The notes under the pieces were generated by a model. It saw only the letters and a program-made list of their open reading frames with translations, ran no database searches and had not been told where the DNA came from. The translations under genes were made by a program, and so were the position numbers. Below are positions 52,668-53,183 of a DNA stretch of 53,183 nt, piece by piece. Each line of letters starts with the position of its first letter. Position 1 is the first letter of the stretch. Location of the stretch: NCBI GenBank assembly GCA_937969445.1, contig CALBVZ010000020.1:1-53183 (forward strand). The letters run 5' to 3'. The stretch is from an uncultured Octadecabacter sp. (GTDB taxonomy: Bacteria > Pseudomonadota > Alphaproteobacteria > Rhodobacterales > Rhodobacteraceae).

Positions 52668-53014
52668 TGCCGAACCAACTGACCATCTGGCACAATCCAC
52701 GCTGCACAAAGTCGCGTCAGACCTTGGCTTTACTGCAAGAAAACGGTCACCAGCCCGCTGTGCGCTTGTATCTGGTGGATCCACCAAACGAGGCTGAGAT
52801 TGTCGCCGTTCGTAACGCACTCGGCGTCACCGCTGACGCAATGATGCGCAAGGGTGAGAAGCTGTTTCGCGAGTTGGGCTTACGTGAAGCTAGCGAAGCG
52901 GAATTGATCGCTGCGATGGTTGCAAACCCGATCCTGATTGAGCGCCCAATTGTGATGAACGATGGGAAAGCCGCGATTGGGCGGCCACCGGAAGCGGTCT
53001 TGGACATCGTCTAG
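52664..53014 (+). CDS. arsC: ArsC family (glutaredoxin-type arsenate reductase-like) protein
   Basis: [22 protein letters not shown]. Confidence 0.85.
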   Translation: MMPNQLTIWHNPRCTKSRQTLALLQENGHQPAVRLYLVDPPNEAEIVAVRNALGVTADAMMRKGEKLFRELGLREASEAELIAAMVANPILIERPIVMNDGKAAIGRPPEAVLDIV

Positions 53015-53035
53015 AGTATTTAAGAGCCAAAGAAG
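53014..53035 (+). repeat. Short intergenic repeat between converging genes
   Basis: GAGTATTTAAGAGCCAAAGAAG, 19/22 identical to 41167-41188. Confidence 0.6.
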
Positions 53036-53037
53036 CG

Positions 53038-53183
53038 TTAAGAGCCCACCGAGCGCTCAAGCGTGGGGTATTTCCATGCCAGCGTCGCGCCGCGTGCGGC
53101 AAAGCTAATCAGCAATGCGATCCAAAGGCCGTGATTTGCGGCCAAAGGCATAAGTGTGAGAGCGGCGGCAAAGTAGATGGCCG
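53038..53183 (-). CDS. 3' end of DinF-type MATE efflux transporter (partial)
   Basis: AIYFAAALTLMPLAANHGLWIALLISFAARGATLAWKYPTLERSVGS*; NHGLW motif. Confidence 0.75.
   Translation of the reverse strand, partial: AIYFAAALTLMPLAANHGLWIALLISFAARGATLAWKYPTLERSVGS

Overview
This is a mostly ordinary chromosomal segment from a Rhodobacteraceae (Roseobacter-group) alphaproteobacterium; the taxon is inferred from gene content and order. In order, it carries: the 3' end of a ppx-like gene; the methylmalonyl-CoA/propionyl-CoA cluster (mcm, pccA, pccB, ScfR-family regulator) interleaved with small proteins; the choline/choline-sulfate locus (betIC-betB-orf-betA and choXWV); sarcosine oxidase soxBDAG; gdhA; a Tad minor-pilin trio; hom, glpX, recJ, tRNA-Glu(TTC), hppD/Lrp, pgm, a SRAP protein, a 5'-nucleotidase, pyrD, arsC; and the 3' end of a DinF-type MATE gene. 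Four signals are not explained by the ORF track. (1) An eroded ~3.3 kb integrative element at tRNA-Glu is bounded by an 18/20 direct repeat of the tRNA 3' end; it holds a decayed tyrosine integrase and a probable decayed TRAP permease but an intact hppD-Lrp pair. (2) A candidate ~105 nt sRNA or leader and an unannotated 50-aa lipoprotein lie between pccB and pccA, near PccR-like boxes. (3) A perfect FNR box at -41.5 would start a transcript just downstream of an anti-Shine-Dalgarno arm, suggesting promoter-dependent translation of a DUF465 gene. (4) Small genes are inserted in the bet and sox operons. All calls come from reading the sequence; no searches or folding programs were run.
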